A stretch of DNA of 64,000 bases from Phoronis australis. Taxonomy: Eukaryota > Animalia > Phoronida. The stretch covers positions 499,817-563,816 of the forward strand of contig NMRA01000272.1 of NCBI GenBank assembly GCA_002633005.1. Reading direction: 5' to 3'. Within the stretch, counting starts at the first letter, position 1; each line of letters begins with the position of its first letter. Below the pieces are notes generated by a model. The model worked only from the letters and a program-made list of their open reading frames with translations, searched no databases and was not told the origin of the DNA. The position numbers and the translations under genes were made by a program. Below are positions 61,977 through 64,000 of this stretch, one piece after another.

Positions 61977-62100
61977 CCCAGCACATAGGATCGGGTGGTA
62001 TAGAACACTGGTAACCAACCCTAGAATTACAGTCAGTGCAGTCTCGTCCGCACACTCCTGCCTGGGAACATGTAATTTCGCAAGGAGAATCCGGCTTTAC
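61977..62100 (-). CDS. Cys-rich exon VKPDSPCEITCSQAGVCGRDCTDCNSRVGYQCSIPPDPMCW; may instead read through to the stop at 61822
   Basis: ttcttacag acceptor in phase 0; 7 Cys in 41 codons; consensus G|gtgagt donor in phase 1. The frame also stays open to TGA at 61822, with AATAAA at 61687-61682. Confidence 0.65.
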
Positions 62101-63547
62101 CTGTAAGAAAGTGTGATAATACTAAATTAAAATCATCAAAAGACCATCAATACTACTAGGTGCAATGTTTTCTTTTGAAAATGATCGCTTCCATGCAAGC
62201 ATGCTTCTGAAATTTCCTTCTCATGCTTGTCGTAGACTTTTCAAACGTTGCAAAATTAAGATATGAGCTAACTTCCTTTCCAAAGCCAAATCTTCCAAAA
62301 TGCTAGAACACACAAGAACTACCCAATCGGCGAAAGTATAAATTTTACGCAGTGAGAAAGTTTCGCTGGTCATGTTAATTAAACTACTGATTTTTAAAAA
62401 CTGTCTTGTCACTTTTTAATTGGTACTAATCACGTGTTTCCCAGAAATTGCCTGAAGACATTACATCTAGACCTAATCGTATACATGCACAGATATGTGA
62501 GTCGGCACATGCATACCTACATGTATCTACTTACGTACATACACAAAACATACCAAGATTTCGTCTTTCATTTTGGGCAGCGTCTGAGAAAAGTGTCCGC
62601 TCGACTTCCATTGTTTCGAGCGGACGCTCATATGCGCATAAATTGCATGCCCACTGACCGCAATAGGCATGTTTAGCCTAAGGCAATGATCTTTATCTAA
62701 TTATGGTCTTGCGTACGGATTGCCTGCCATCGCGTATCTTGGATTTCATAGAATTTTCAGTCTGGGCATGAACGTGATTGAACTCTTCATAAAAAATAAA
62801 AATTTGCCCGTTTTTTAAGGGAAAATTTGACCCAGAATTAAAGGAAATATCCTCGTTTAAAGCAAACTTGAACAACATTTAACTGGGGATTCCTTTGTGT
62901 TGTGAATGGTTTATTACCTGATTCATGCAAATGAAATTTAGTAGTGTTCATAACATCTTTACCCATCTAATATAACAGAATTTAGTTTTAACTAAGCGTT
63001 CTTAAACTCTGTTTCATTGTTATTGTGAGCTGCACCGAACAATGTTATTGCGCGGGCACAAATAGCGGTGTCCTAGGGCTCAGTCACATGGCATAACAAT
63101 GTTCAGTCAAGGCGAGAAGGGTTTTTGTTTTGCTGCCGTCAAAATGTCGGAGAGCTAAAGCGTGGACTAAAACGAATAATAGGCTCCTACTTGAATCAGG
63201 GAGCTCGGGAGGGTTGTACACAAGTGTCTTTTGTTGGTTGGTCTGCTGAGTTTGATCGATTGGTGAGCAAAGACGAAGTTCTGTCACCGGCAGTTCCATT
63301 CAATAACAGCAACGAGTAGAACTTCAACCGAGGTGAGTCTCATTTTTATGAAAAGCTACAACATCGTAGGTTCTTGTCTTGACTTCTACCCCTCTTCTCG
63401 AGTGCCGATCCAGACGCAGAGTGCCCGGGTGGCAGGTCCGTTAGTCCCTGGGTTTTCCATTTTGGAAGTCGTGGGTGGCGTTGCCTACATGTACGGCTGC
63501 GCGCAATTAACTGCTTAACTCGGGCTTACACAATTTATCTTTCATAC

Positions 63548-63589
63548 CTTCAACCCTTCGTAGAACCGTATAATATTGATAACGAGTAC
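63548..63589 (-). CDS. Possible 42-nt exon VLVINIIRFYEGLK preceding the Cys-rich exon
   Basis: catag acceptor and AAG|gtatga donor, phase-compatible, hydrophobic; very short, so weak. Confidence 0.3.
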
Positions 63590-64000
63590 CTATGGTAGGA
63601 TTCACGAAAGTAGGAAAATCGAGTATGTGGATGTGGTATATCAGGGAAGAATTCCGCTGTTGGTTCCCTCAGTTCTCTTTCATGCAAAATAGCTATCAAA
63701 GTTTTAAGGAAACTGTGATGCCTAAGGTTGTTGACAGAACTGCGTTATTGGAGATAACTTTCGGGTGGAATATTTCCCTGGAAAATTTCAGACAATTTTA
63801 ACCTTGTTAGGAATGATTTCAACATTGGATTGATGGGGTGTTATTTCTTATTGTTGTAATTGATTGAAATTCTTTCGCATCCAAGAGTTTTCGTGGTTGG
63901 GTATTTGTCATAGGTATAATTTTAAGGTCGCACCCGGCGTCATTGGCACATAAAAATTTTAATTGATGCTCTGGAGTTGCTTTTCTTGGGCCAACTGACA

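Noticed and set aside
1-64000. Prokaryotic-style system (operon, CRISPR array, defence island)
   Set aside because: Coding density is low, genes have spliceosomal introns, the transposons are eukaryotic, and there is no regularly spaced repeat-spacer array.

Overview
This is AT-rich, intron-containing animal genomic DNA, probably from a marine invertebrate (taxon is inference), and not a prokaryotic locus. Most entries in the supplied ORF track are spurious or run past real splice sites. Reading GT/AG sites and intron phases by hand gives two multi-exon genes that converge tail-to-tail. (1) On the + strand, 467-10349 is the 3' part of a type I membrane protein with six thrombospondin type-1 (TSP1) exons, two of them a recent tandem duplicate, then a TM exon and a tail with four tyrosine motifs. 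(2) On the - strand, 44143-19638 is a nine-exon frame of about 464 aa built from THREE tandem CTHRC1-type C-terminal domains, each encoded by the same three-exon cassette, with no collagen repeat visible. A Cys-rich exon at 62100-61977 is either its upstream exon or the last exon of a separate gene. Introns and intergenic DNA hold decayed transposons: L1/Tx1, RTE-X-like and CR1/L2-type LINEs, Academ-, Sola3-, Kolobok- and Harbinger-like DNA elements, MITEs and a tRNA-derived SINE. One assembly gap lies at 32719-32814. No CRISPR array, rRNA or intact tRNA was seen. All family assignments come from motif recognition, not database searches.
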